From Tubiluchus corallicola (taxonomy: Eukaryota; Animalia; Priapulida): a stretch of 52,338 nt of DNA. A model generated the notes under the pieces. The model was not told the origin of the DNA, did not search any database, and saw only the letters and a program-made list of their open reading frames with translations. Position numbers and translations under genes: made by a program. Below are positions 29,701 through 40,118 of the stretch, in pieces. Each line of letters starts with the position of its first letter. The first letter of the stretch is position 1. The DNA lies in NCBI GenBank assembly GCA_030141605.1, contig JAQGDQ010002415.1:6581-58918 (forward strand), given 5' to 3'.

Positions 29701-29716
29701 GAATGTAAACTTTTAA
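26705..29716 (+). CDS. susC: SusC/RagA TonB-dependent transporter
   Basis: [50 protein letters not shown], terminal Phe. Confidence 0.96.
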   Translation: [1003 protein letters not shown]

Positions 29717-29752
29717 GCCCTGAATTGTATTAACCCTAAAAATGGCACTAAG

Positions 29753-31270
29753 ATGAAAAAAGTAACTTATTATTTGATAACAACCTTCTTCTTTGTAGGC
29801 TGTATGAACTTAGATGAAAAACCTATTGGCTTATTAGACCCCGAAAGCCTATTCAAAACAAAAGCTGATGCAGAAGCAGCAGTATTTGGTGCTTATGGAG
29901 AACTCGCACATCAAGATATTTATGGAAGAGAGATGAACATAGCATTACAACTACTTAGCGATATGGCAGATATAGGAGATAACGGAACAGCCGCATATAG
30001 GCAAGAAATAAACAATTTTACACATACATCTGAAAATGGGCTTATTTCTCTTTTTTGGCCTCAACTTTACAAAGCTATTAGTGCTAGCAATGCAGCCATA
30101 AGTGGAATTCCCAATGTAGGATTGGAAGAAGACGAAGAAAAAGCACTTATCCACGAAGCAAAAGTAATAAGAGCATTATGTTACTATCACTTAGTAAGGT
30201 TATTTGGAGACCTTCCATTCATTACAGAACTTATAACAAACCCCAGTGAAGTATCACAGATTTCAAGAACACCAGCAAATGAAGTCTATAGTCAAATTAT
30301 AGCTGATTGTGAAGAAGCTGTAAATTGGTTGCCTGACAAGTACGGCGATGGAAGCTCAAAAACAAGAGCCTCAAAAGCAGCAGCACATACATTGTTGGCC
30401 TCTATTTACCTAACCCAAGAAAATTGGGAAAAAGCCTATGAAAACGCTAAAATAGTAATAGACAAAAAAGGAGATTTTAATGTAGGTTTAGTAGAAGACT
30501 TTCAAGATTTATGGATAGCTGAAAATGGAGATACAGAAGAAACTATATGGGCTGTCGATTTTTTAGCAAACACCCGTGACGGACGCCATAACCTAGACTA
30601 TATGAGCCCTATTACAGGTGTCAAAGGAGCCAAAATAAACAAATGGAGTGTTGTTGTTCCATCTTTAAAAGTATTTGAAAGTTTCAATGACTTAGATTAT
30701 AGAAAAGAGGTTAGTTTTCTCACAGAAGAGGTTTTTACAGAAAACAATCAGGACGTTACTAAAAATTATACAGAATTTGAAATCAAGAGGCCTCATATTG
30801 CCAAATGGCAACATACAGGAGATAAGACAGATGCCAATGGAAGAACCTCTCACTACAATTACATCATATTTAGATATGCAGAAGTATTGCTAATAGCAGC
30901 AGAAGCCCTCAATGAATTAGGTAGAGGAGCCGATGCAGTTGCCTATGTAAACGAAATAAGAGAAAGAGCAAGAAATGCAGACGGAACACCACGTACCCAT
31001 CCGCCAGATATTACAAACAATGGAGACGACACACAACTAAGGAACGATATTTTAGAAGAACGGAGGATAGAACTTGCATTCGAATGGAAAAGATGGTACG
31101 ACCTTATAAGAAGACATAAGTACGATAATTATAATTTATCGAATGTTTTTGGGAGTGAAGGACTTGAAACGCACACCAACATAAATCCTGCAAAACATAA
31201 ACTATTACCAATACCTAATTCTGAAATACTGAGAAACCCAAATCTACTTCCAAATAACACAGGATATTAA
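29753..31270 (+). CDS. susD: SusD/RagB lipoprotein
   Basis: Lipobox FVGC, RALCYYHLVRLFGDLP, FRYAEVLLIAAEALNE, ERRIELAFEWKRWYDLIR. Confidence 0.95.
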   Translation: MKKVTYYLITTFFFVGCMNLDEKPIGLLDPESLFKTKADAEAAVFGAYGELAHQDIYGREMNIALQLLSDMADIGDNGTAAYRQEINNFTHTSENGLISLFWPQLYKAISASNAAISGIPNVGLEEDEEKALIHEAKVIRALCYYHLVRLFGDLPFITELITNPSEVSQISRTPANEVYSQIIADCEEAVNWLPDKYGDGSSKTRASKAAAHTLLASIYLTQENWEKAYENAKIVIDKKGDFNVGLVEDFQDLWIAENGDTEETIWAVDFLANTRDGRHNLDYMSPITGVKGAKINKWSVVVPSLKVFESFNDLDYRKEVSFLTEEVFTENNQDVTKNYTEFEIKRPHIAKWQHTGDKTDANGRTSHYNYIIFRYAEVLLIAAEALNELGRGADAVAYVNEIRERARNADGTPRTHPPDITNNGDDTQLRNDILEERRIELAFEWKRWYDLIRRHKYDNYNLSNVFGSEGLETHTNINPAKHKLLPIPNSEILRNPNLLPNNTGY

Positions 31271-31359
31271 ACTAATAAATAAAGATAAAAAAACTATCCT
31301 GCTTACTTAGTAGAGCTATCAGCAGCTTTTTATAATTTAAATGCCAAACATATAAACAG

Positions 31360-33863
31360 ATGAGAATTAAGTTATTCTTCTTCATTGTAATGATTTTATA
31401 TATATCTAATGGGAAATCACAGACCAATAGTACCCGATTAGAGAATGACTGGGAATTTTTAAAAAGTGACTTAGGAGGTATTTGGGAAGCAGTTCGTTTA
31501 CCCAAAGTGCCAAAAACATCCAATACCTCAAAATCATCTTCCCCCGAATCAGTCCCACTTTGGAAGGATGTGAAACTACCTCATTGTTTCAACGATTTTG
31601 ATGCTGTAGACCCTTATACGAACTATTACCAAGGGCCGGGCTGGTATAAGACAACTATACAGATTGACAACCCATATAAAAACGGAAGAACACTATTGCA
31701 CTTTGAAGGAGCTGGGCAAAAAACAGAAATATATATCTATACTACAAAAGTAGGAGAACATATTGGAGGCTATGACGAATGGACAATAGATATTACAGAA
31801 GCTGTAGAAGAATTTAAAAAACACGAAAGATTTGATAAAGACTATGAAGGGAAAATACCCATTATTATTCGTTGTGATAACTCCCGCGACTTAGAAATGA
31901 TACCCTCTGACTTATCCGACTTTAACCTATATGGAGGAATACACCGTTATTTAAACTTGGTATATGTTAATGAAGTAAGTATAAAAAACTTAGCCATTAA
32001 CCCTAGTGTTGATGCACAAAGTAAAAAAAGTCAAGTAAAAATAGAAGGAACATTATACAATCCGCAAAATGTACCAACCAAAAACATTAAAATAGAAATC
32101 CACTCTCCCAATAATAAAAAAATACAAACTATAGACATACCTTCTTCTCAAGTTAAGAACAACACATTTTCAACATCATTTGTTATAAAAAAACCAAACT
32201 TATGGTCGCCTGAAAACCCTAATTTATACCAGTGTGTTGTTAAAATTGAGAACCCAAAAGGAATAGAAGAATATAAAGACAATTTTGGGATAAGACATTT
32301 TGAGTTTATAGAAAAAGGACCTTTTAAATTAAATGGAGAAAGATTATTGTTGAGAGGAACACATAGGCACGAAGACCACACAAGTGTTGCTGCTGCTATG
32401 ACAGAAGAAATGATGCGAGAAGAAATGATAATGATGAAAGAAATGGGAGTTAACTTTATTCGTTTAGGTCATTATCAGCAATCAAGAATCATACTCAACC
32501 TATGCGATAGCCTTGGAATACTGGTATGGGAAGAAATTCCCTGGTGTAGAGGAGGACTGGGAGGTGAAAAATACCAACAGCAAGCCAAAAGAATGCTTGT
32601 CAATATGATAACACAGCATAAAAACCACCCTTCTGTAATTATTTGGGGGTTAGGAAATGAAAATGACTGGCCTAACGACTTCCCTGAATTTACTAAAGAA
32701 AACTTCGATGAAGAAAAAATACGAACCTTTATGAAAGAGCTGAACGACCTATCCCACAGCTTAGATGATAGCAGAAAAACGGCTATTCGTCGTTGCACTT
32801 TCTGTGCAGATATCGTAGATGTATATTCTCCCTCAATATGGGCAGGATGGTACAGAGGAAAATTTACTGACTACAAAGAAGTATCTCGTAAAGAAATAGA
32901 AAAGGTAAACCATTTCTTACACGTAGAATGGGGAGCAAGCAATCACGCAAGGAGACACTCTGAAAACCCTGACAAAAATTTAGAAAATATAAAAACTGGA
33001 GAAGCAGATGAACGAGACGGAGACGCTTCCTTGGTTGGAGGAGACCCAAGAGCATCAAAAGATGGAGATTGGTCAGAAACTTATGCTTGTAACCTGATAG
33101 ATTGGCACTTAAAAGAACAAGAAACGATGCCTTGGCTAACAGGAACAGCCTATTGGCCTTTCAAAGACTTTTCCACACCCCTTCGCCCTGAAAATCCTGT
33201 GCCATATGTAAATCAAAAAGGAGTAGTTGAACGAGACCTTACCAAAAAAGAAGCATACTATGTTTTTCAATCCTACTGGACAGGAAAACCAATGGCACAT
33301 ATTTATGGACATACTTTTAAAACAAGGTGGGGAGAAGCAAACGAAAAAAGTTAATAAAAGTTTATTCAAACTGTGAAGAAGCAGAATTGATAGTAAACGG
33401 CAAAAGCTATGGTAAGAAAAAAAGAAACTCACAAGACTATCCTGCAGCAGGACTAAGGTGGAACGTGCAACTCAAAGAAGGACAAAATGAAATAAAAACC
33501 ATTGGATTCAAAAAAAATAAACCAGTGGCTACCGATAATATAATACAAAATTATCAAACAAATAAATGGGACAAACCATCCAAACTAGAAATAAGCAAGT
33601 ATTACAAAGCAGAAAACGAATATTGGATAGAAGTAATAGCTAAAGACAATAAAGATATTCAATGCCTTGATGCTAAAAACTTTGTAGAGTTCGACATAAC
33701 TGGAGATGGCACATTACTTGGAAACCTTGGCACATCAACAGGAGCATTAAAAGTGCAGTTATACAATGGGCGAGCCAAAATAGGCTTAAAACACAAAGAA
33801 GGAAAAAGTATAGTTTCTGTAAAGTCCGAAGGATTAAAAACAGTATTTATTAACATCGAATAA
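31360..33863 (+). CDS. GH2 glycoside hydrolase, frameshifted in an A6 run at 33344-33349
   Basis: LHFEGAGQ, GEHIGGY, LRGTHRHED, NFIRLGHYQ, NHPSVIIWGLGNE; the C-terminal domains (IKVYSNCEEAELIVNG) continue in a second frame, ORF 33327-33863. Confidence 0.88.
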
Positions 33864-34015
33864 TTACTTGACAATCATAAAAAAGGTAATAAAAAGTAGA
33901 AAAAACTTTAATTCTTAGTCCAAAAACGACTTTGATCTTAAAGTTTTGGAAAGAAAATTATCTTCTAAATAATTTATATACTAATTATTATCAATCTTAA
34001 TTCGGTTAAAATAAA

Positions 34016-35191
34016 ATGAAGAAATTTAAGATATTATTGCTATTTCTAATTATCCTTCAATTCTGTAAAACAGAAAAAAAACAGACCGAAATATTTTATA
34101 AAGCACAAGAAGTATTGAAGCCATCTATATTAGCAAATAGCAAATGGGCATTACAACAAGAGCCAATAACCATTACCGCAGAATACTGCGAGAGAAGTGC
34201 AGGCGGAAAAAACGACTTTTACTCTGAAGCAGACTATTTTTGGCCAGACCCTAACAACCCTACAGGTCCCTACAGAAGTAGAGATGGACTAACCAACCCC
34301 GACAATTTTGTTGCCCATAGATTAGCAATGATAAGACTAAATCGTGTTGTTGGCACTTTAACCTCCGCCTATATTATCAACAAGGACAAAACATATATAG
34401 AACACATTAAAAAGCACTTGAATGCGTGGTTTGTCAATGCCGACACAAAAATGAACCCCCATATGCTTTACTCACAGGCAGTTATAGGAAAATATACAGG
34501 AAGGAATTTTGGTATTATTGACGCCATACACTTAATGGAAGTAGCCCAAAGTGCTTTCATACTTCAAAAAATGGATGCATTAGATACAGACTATTTAGAG
34601 GAAGTAAAGCAATGGTTTCAACAATTCATAAACTGGCTAAAGACCCACGAATATGGTATCAAAGAACGAGACAGAGACAACAATCACGGAACTTGTTGGG
34701 TAATGCAAGTAGCATCTTATGCTAAGTTAGCAGATGACAAAAAAACCCTTCAATTTTGTAAGGAACAATATAAAAACATTCTTCTACACCAAATGGCCAC
34801 GGATGGAGGCTTCCCACGAGAGTTGAGAAGAACCAAGCCTTATGGCTACTCACTATTCAACTTAGATGCAATGGCAACTGTTTGTCAAATACTATCGACA
34901 GAAGATGATAACCTATGGCAATACGCACTACCTGATGGAAGAAACATTAAAAAAGGAGTAGAGTTTTTAACCCCATTTGTAGAAGACAAAAGTAAATGGA
35001 AATTAAAACCCGATGTGATGTATTGGGAAAACTGGCCTGTGGCACAGCCTTATCTTATTTTTGCGGCAAACGCCTTTAACAATGAAAAACACTACGAGAT
35101 ATGGAAAGCCTTAGAACACAACCCCCAAGTGCAAGAGGTCATAAGAAATTTGCCTATAAGAAACCCTTTAATATGGCTATACAATATTTAG
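34016..35191 (+). CDS. Alginate_lyase-domain polysaccharide lyase (PL38-like), copy 2
   Basis: Paralogue of 25349-26533; NNHGT, ELRRTKPYGYSLFNL. Confidence 0.87.
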   Translation: MKKFKILLLFLIILQFCKTEKKQTEIFYKAQEVLKPSILANSKWALQQEPITITAEYCERSAGGKNDFYSEADYFWPDPNNPTGPYRSRDGLTNPDNFVAHRLAMIRLNRVVGTLTSAYIINKDKTYIEHIKKHLNAWFVNADTKMNPHMLYSQAVIGKYTGRNFGIIDAIHLMEVAQSAFILQKMDALDTDYLEEVKQWFQQFINWLKTHEYGIKERDRDNNHGTCWVMQVASYAKLADDKKTLQFCKEQYKNILLHQMATDGGFPRELRRTKPYGYSLFNLDAMATVCQILSTEDDNLWQYALPDGRNIKKGVEFLTPFVEDKSKWKLKPDVMYWENWPVAQPYLIFAANAFNNEKHYEIWKALEHNPQVQEVIRNLPIRNPLIWLYNI

Positions 35192-35209
35192 AAAATAAGT
35201 ACAAAAGAT

Positions 35210-35272
35210 AAAAATTCAAAAATAGATATTACTATAATCTATGCAGAATACAACTTCTTAAAAGCATTAATA
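35210..35272 (+). pseudogene. Relic of a GH88 3' end
   Basis: Reads KNSKIDITIIYAEYNFLKALI versus GH88 KNSEVDVPIIYAEYYFLEALI (25218-25280); 52/63 nt identical by hand count. Confidence 0.75.
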
Positions 35273-35300
35273 ATAACAAGTAATAATAAATAATTAAAAA

Positions 35301-37946
35301 ATGAAGAAAGCACTATTGCTGACAACATTAGCCTTTATTGTAACTCTACTACACTCACAACGCTTGAAATACACCATTAACACAGGCTGGGAGTTTGCCA
35401 AAGGAGAATTAAAAAGTAAAGGCAACGAAATTGTCAATCTGCCTCATACATGGAATGCTTTGGATGTTCTGGACGAGGAAAACGGTTATTATAGAGGCAT
35501 TGGCACGTATAGAAAAAATATATATATTAATCCATCGTTGAAAGGCAAAAGAATATACCTATACTTTGATGGAGCAAGCCAAGAAACAAAGGTATGGGTA
35601 AACAACCAAAAAGCAGGCGAACACATAGGAGGGTACGCTCGTTTTTGTTTTGATATTACCAATTACCTACAATGGACAGAAAAAGGAGAAGAAATAAAAA
35701 TAGAAGTAGATAATACGTTCAATGAAGACATACCACCTTTGACTGCTGACTTTACATTTTTTGGAGGTATATATCGCAACCTGTACATTGTTGCAACAGA
35801 TGAAGTACATTTAGATTTATTGGACTATGCTTCTACCGGAGTATATATTTCTACCCCTAAAGTAAGCCGCTCAAAAGCCACTATTAAAATCAACAGTAGA
35901 ATAGCCAATAGAAGCAACAGCGCACAAGAAATAGTGGTAAGAAATACTATCTTTTCGCCTGATAATACCATAACAAAAGAAACCACCTCAAAAATAAAAA
36001 TAAAGCCCAACACAGTGTATGAAACCAACCAGCAATTAACAGTTGAAAACCCTCAACTATGGTACCCCGAAAGTCCTAATCTTTATACAGTAGAAACAAA
36101 AATATATAAAAATGGGAAAGAAATAGATGAAGTAAGCAATCCGCTTGGTTTTAGGTGGTATGAATTTGATGCAGAGAAAGGCCTTTTTCTCAACAATAAA
36201 CATTATAAACTGATAGGAGCAAGCAGACATCAAGACTATAAGAATATGGGCAATGCAGTACCAGAAGAATTGGCTATAAAAGATGTAAAACTACTTAAAG
36301 AAATGGGAGCAAACCACCTTCGAGTAGCCCATTATCCACACGACCCTGTAGTAGTAGAAACTTGTGATAAAATAGGTTTAATTACCTCCGTAGAAATACC
36401 TATCATCAACTACATTACACAATCCGAAGCCTTTGCAGAGAACTGCAAACAGATGCAAATAGAAATGATAAAACAACACTACAACCATCCCAGTATATTC
36501 ATTTGGGCATATATGAATGAAATACTATTAAGACCTCCTAAGTTTGAGAATGATAAAAAGAAAGATGATTATTACAAAAGTGTAACAAAATTAGCACAAA
36601 GTTTAGAAGACATAACACGCAATGAAGACCCTTATCGTTACACAATGATACCCAACCACGGAGCATTTGATAGATACAACAGAGCAAAACTAACTCAAAT
36701 ACCAATGATAGTAGGCTGGAACTTGTATCAAGGGTGGTATGGTAGTAATATTAATGGATTTGCAGATTTTTTGGATAAACACCACAAAGAACTTTCTAAA
36801 AAACCTCTTATCGTAACTGAATACGGAGCAGGTGCCGATCCGCGCCTACATTCATTCCTCCCAGAACGTTTTGACTTTACCATAGAATACGAAACCTACT
36901 ACCATAAAGAATATATGAAGGCTATAATGAACAACGATTTTGTAACGGGCGGAGCTGTTTGGAACTTTGCCGATTTTAGCTCCGAAAGTCGTATAGATGC
37001 CGTGCCTAATATCAATAATAAAGGTCTGGTAACCATAGACCGCCAACCCAAGGATGCTTATTACTATTATCAGGCTTTATTATTAGAAACACCCTACTTA
37101 AAAATAGGCTCGAAGCAATGGAACAACAGAAGTGGGATAGCCAATAAGAACAATGTATGCGTACAATCCATTGAGGTATACTCAAACTTAGAAAGAGTAG
37201 AACTCTTTCTAAATGGGGTGTCCTTAGGCTCGAAAGACATTCAAAACTTTGAGGCACAGTGGGAAGTAGCATTTAAAAATGGGACTAATCAAATAGAAAT
37301 AGTAGGCAAGGATGAAAAAGGAAAGAGTATTAAAGATTTTGCAGAAATAGATTTTAAACTGCTATCTCAAAATTTTAGAAGTAAAGAATTACCTTTTGAC
37401 TACCTTAATGTATCAGTAGGCTCTAAAAGATATTTTGCAGATGAGTATACAAATCAAACTTGGCTCCCCGACCAAGCCTATGCAAAAGGGAGCTTCGGCT
37501 ACATAGGAGGAAGTCCATTCAAAATGCAAAAATCAAAACGACAAAGCTATGGCAGCGATAAGCAAATATTTGGCACGGACAACGACCCTATCTACCAAAC
37601 CCAGCAGGAAGGTATAGAAGCCTATAAAATAGATGTGCCAGATGGTAGCTATGACATAAAGTTACATTTTGCTGAATTACTTTCTGACCAAGAAAGAGAA
37701 GTCTTAGCATTTAATCTTGGAGAAGAAAGTATCAAAGAAACGGCAGAAAAAAGAGTATTCAATATATATATCAACGAAGAATTGGTATTAGAAAACCTTA
37801 ACATAGCTCAACAATATGGAGAGGAAAGAGCTATAGTAGAAAAATTCATTACAAAGGCTACTAAAGAAGAAGGAATAACCATTAAATTTGAAACATTAGA
37901 AGGAAAACCTATTTTAAATGGAGTGCAAGTAAGAAGAATATATTAA
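35301..37946 (+). CDS. GH2 glycoside hydrolase with C-terminal malectin-like domain
   Basis: VNLPHTWN, YFDGA, ADFTFFGGIYR, RHQD, LRVAHYP, NHPSIFIWAYMNE, VTEYGAG; malectin-like IKLHFAEL..RVFNIYIN. Confidence 0.92.
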   Translation: MKKALLLTTLAFIVTLLHSQRLKYTINTGWEFAKGELKSKGNEIVNLPHTWNALDVLDEENGYYRGIGTYRKNIYINPSLKGKRIYLYFDGASQETKVWVNNQKAGEHIGGYARFCFDITNYLQWTEKGEEIKIEVDNTFNEDIPPLTADFTFFGGIYRNLYIVATDEVHLDLLDYASTGVYISTPKVSRSKATIKINSRIANRSNSAQEIVVRNTIFSPDNTITKETTSKIKIKPNTVYETNQQLTVENPQLWYPESPNLYTVETKIYKNGKEIDEVSNPLGFRWYEFDAEKGLFLNNKHYKLIGASRHQDYKNMGNAVPEELAIKDVKLLKEMGANHLRVAHYPHDPVVVETCDKIGLITSVEIPIINYITQSEAFAENCKQMQIEMIKQHYNHPSIFIWAYMNEILLRPPKFENDKKKDDYYKSVTKLAQSLEDITRNEDPYRYTMIPNHGAFDRYNRAKLTQIPMIVGWNLYQGWYGSNINGFADFLDKHHKELSKKPLIVTEYGAGADPRLHSFLPERFDFTIEYETYYHKEYMKAIMNNDFVTGGAVWNFADFSSESRIDAVPNINNKGLVTIDRQPKDAYYYYQALLLETPYLKIGSKQWNNRSGIANKNNVCVQSIEVYSNLERVELFLNGVSLGSKDIQNFEAQWEVAFKNGTNQIEIVGKDEKGKSIKDFAEIDFKLLSQNFRSKELPFDYLNVSVGSKRYFADEYTNQTWLPDQAYAKGSFGYIGGSPFKMQKSKRQSYGSDKQIFGTDNDPIYQTQQEGIEAYKIDVPDGSYDIKLHFAELLSDQEREVLAFNLGEESIKETAEKRVFNIYINEELVLENLNIAQQYGEERAIVEKFITKATKEEGITIKFETLEGKPILNGVQVRRIY

Positions 37947-37968
37947 TTATTAAAACATAGGACATTAA

Positions 37969-38787
37969 ATGAAAAACGATTTGTTCAACATCGCAGGAAA
38001 AGTAGCTATACTTACAGGAGGTGGAGGAGTACTGGCAGGCACGATGGCAAAATATTTATTAAAACACAATGTAAGAGTAGCACTTTTAGACCTTAACACT
38101 GATGCTATTAAATTACAACAAAAAGAATTAAACGAATATAAGCACAGTATTATAGGTTTTGAAACCAGTGTATTGGACAAAAAGCAATTGGAGGAAGTAA
38201 GGGAGAAAATATTAAAAAAATGGGGACGGATAGACCTTCTCATCAATGCTGCGGGAGGCAATATGCCCGGTGCCACGATAGGAGAAGACCAAACTATTTT
38301 TGACCTAAAAATAGAAGACTTTCACAAAGTTTCTCAACTTAATTTAGAAGGTACAGTATTGCCTTCTATTGTCTTTGGCGAAACAATGGCAAAACAAAAG
38401 GAAGGTAATATTATCAATATTTCCTCAATGACTGCTTACCAAGCCATTACACGTGTAGTAGGATATTCTGCCTCCAAAGCTGCTATTTCTAATTTCACCC
38501 AATGGTTAGCTACTGAATTAGCCTTGAAGTTTGGCGAAAGTCTTAGAGTAAATGCCATTGCTCCGGGGTTCTTCATAGGCAATCAAAACCGTACTTTACT
38601 TACCAACCCTGATGGCAGTTATACAGAACGAGGAAATAAAATTATCAACAAAACTCCTATGAAACGTTTTGGAGAGGCAGAGGAGCTCAACGGCACCATC
38701 CATTGGCTAATGAGTAAAGCCTCACAATTTGTAACGGGTGTTATCATCCCCATAGATGGAGGTTTCAACGCATATAGCGGAGTGTAA
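37969..38787 (+). CDS. uxuB: SDR-family D-mannonate oxidoreductase
   Basis: TGGGGVL, INAAGGN, YSASK, RVNAIAPGFF; directly upstream of uxuA. Confidence 0.85.
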   Translation: MKNDLFNIAGKVAILTGGGGVLAGTMAKYLLKHNVRVALLDLNTDAIKLQQKELNEYKHSIIGFETSVLDKKQLEEVREKILKKWGRIDLLINAAGGNMPGATIGEDQTIFDLKIEDFHKVSQLNLEGTVLPSIVFGETMAKQKEGNIINISSMTAYQAITRVVGYSASKAAISNFTQWLATELALKFGESLRVNAIAPGFFIGNQNRTLLTNPDGSYTERGNKIINKTPMKRFGEAEELNGTIHWLMSKASQFVTGVIIPIDGGFNAYSGV

Positions 38788-38819
38788 ATTACATATTCAA
38801 AACATAATATATATAACCA

Positions 38820-40016
38820 ATGAATTTAAAACAATCGTGGCGCTGGTATGGACCCAACGATCCTATAACACTACAAGATATAAAACAAACAGGTGCTACT
38901 GTAATAGTTACTGCTTTGCATCATATACCCAATGGAGAAGTTTGGACAGTAGAAGAGATACAAAAACGAAAAGAACAAATAGAACAAACAGGCTTGAAAT
39001 GGGAAGTAGTAGAAAGTGTTCCTGTTCACGAGGATATAAAAAAGCAAACGGGGAACTATAAAACTTACATTGAAAATTATAAGAAAAGTATTGACAATTT
39101 AGGCAAGTTGGGTATAAGAGTCATCTGTTACAACTTTATGCCCGTATTGGATTGGACACGTACTGACTTGGAGTATGAACTTGAAGATGGTTCAAAGGCT
39201 CTAAGTTTTGAAATGAAAGCTCTTGCAGCTTTTGATGTATTCATTTTGAAACGCCCCAATGCAGCAAAAGACTACACCGAAAAAATACTTAAAGAAGCCA
39301 AAACTTACTTTGAAGCTCTTTCGGAAGTAGGCAAAGAAAAACTACAAAAAACAATCATAGCAGGACTGCCCGGAGCAGAGGAAACCTATACCTTAGAGGA
39401 ATTTCAAAAAACCTTAGATACTTACAAAGGCATAGGAGACAAAGAACTAGCAAACAACTTAAAATATTTCTTAGACGAGATTATTCCAGTAGCAGAAAAA
39501 ACTAATATCAATATGGCAATACACGCCGACGACCCACCTATTCCTATATTTGGCTTACCAAGGATAATAAGCACCCCTGAACATATAAAACGACTATATG
39601 CCTTAAACAAAAGTAAAAACAATGGCTTAACAATGTGTGCAGGTTCTTTTGGTTCGAGAATAGATAACAACCTTTCATTAATCACAGAACAATTTGCCGA
39701 CCGCATATACTTTGCACACTTAAGAAGTGTAGAAATAGACGCAGAAGGCAATTTCTATGAAGCCAATCACTTAGAAGGCGGTGCTAATATGTATGAAGTA
39801 GTTTTAGCACTATTGAAAGAAAATAAAAAACGAGCCGAAAAAGGAGTGAAGAACGAAGCAATATATATTCGTCCCGACCACGGACATCAGATGTTAGACG
39901 ACCTCAACAACTCAAAAAAAACCAACCCGGGCTATACTGCCATAGGCAGAATGCGAGGCTTAGCAGAAATAAGAGGTTTGGAAATGGGAATATACAAAAG
40001 CATTTTTAAGAAATAA
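38820..40016 (+). CDS. uxuA: Mannonate dehydratase
   Basis: [53 protein letters not shown]. Confidence 0.97.
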   Translation: MNLKQSWRWYGPNDPITLQDIKQTGATVIVTALHHIPNGEVWTVEEIQKRKEQIEQTGLKWEVVESVPVHEDIKKQTGNYKTYIENYKKSIDNLGKLGIRVICYNFMPVLDWTRTDLEYELEDGSKALSFEMKALAAFDVFILKRPNAAKDYTEKILKEAKTYFEALSEVGKEKLQKTIIAGLPGAEETYTLEEFQKTLDTYKGIGDKELANNLKYFLDEIIPVAEKTNINMAIHADDPPIPIFGLPRIISTPEHIKRLYALNKSKNNGLTMCAGSFGSRIDNNLSLITEQFADRIYFAHLRSVEIDAEGNFYEANHLEGGANMYEVVLALLKENKKRAEKGVKNEAIYIRPDHGHQMLDDLNNSKKTNPGYTAIGRMRGLAEIRGLEMGIYKSIFKK

Positions 40017-40052
40017 GATAAGTTATTTCTTAAATAAGCATTTTACCTCTGA

Positions 40053-40080
40053 TATAAGCCAAGCATAGTCTTGGCTTATA
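40053..40080. terminator. Hairpin between convergent uxuA and porZ (likely bidirectional terminator)
   Basis: Perfect 11-bp stem TATAAGCCAAG / CTTGGCTTATA with a 6-nt loop. Confidence 0.7.
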
Positions 40081-40118
40081 CTGGATATTTGTGTATATAA
40101 TCCTTCCCCTCTCCTTGA

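Noticed and set aside
33919-33948. Possible terminator after the first GH2, and weak inverted repeats near 21816-21845 and 31290-31330
   Set aside because: Short, bulged, AT-rich stems that cannot be told from chance by eye
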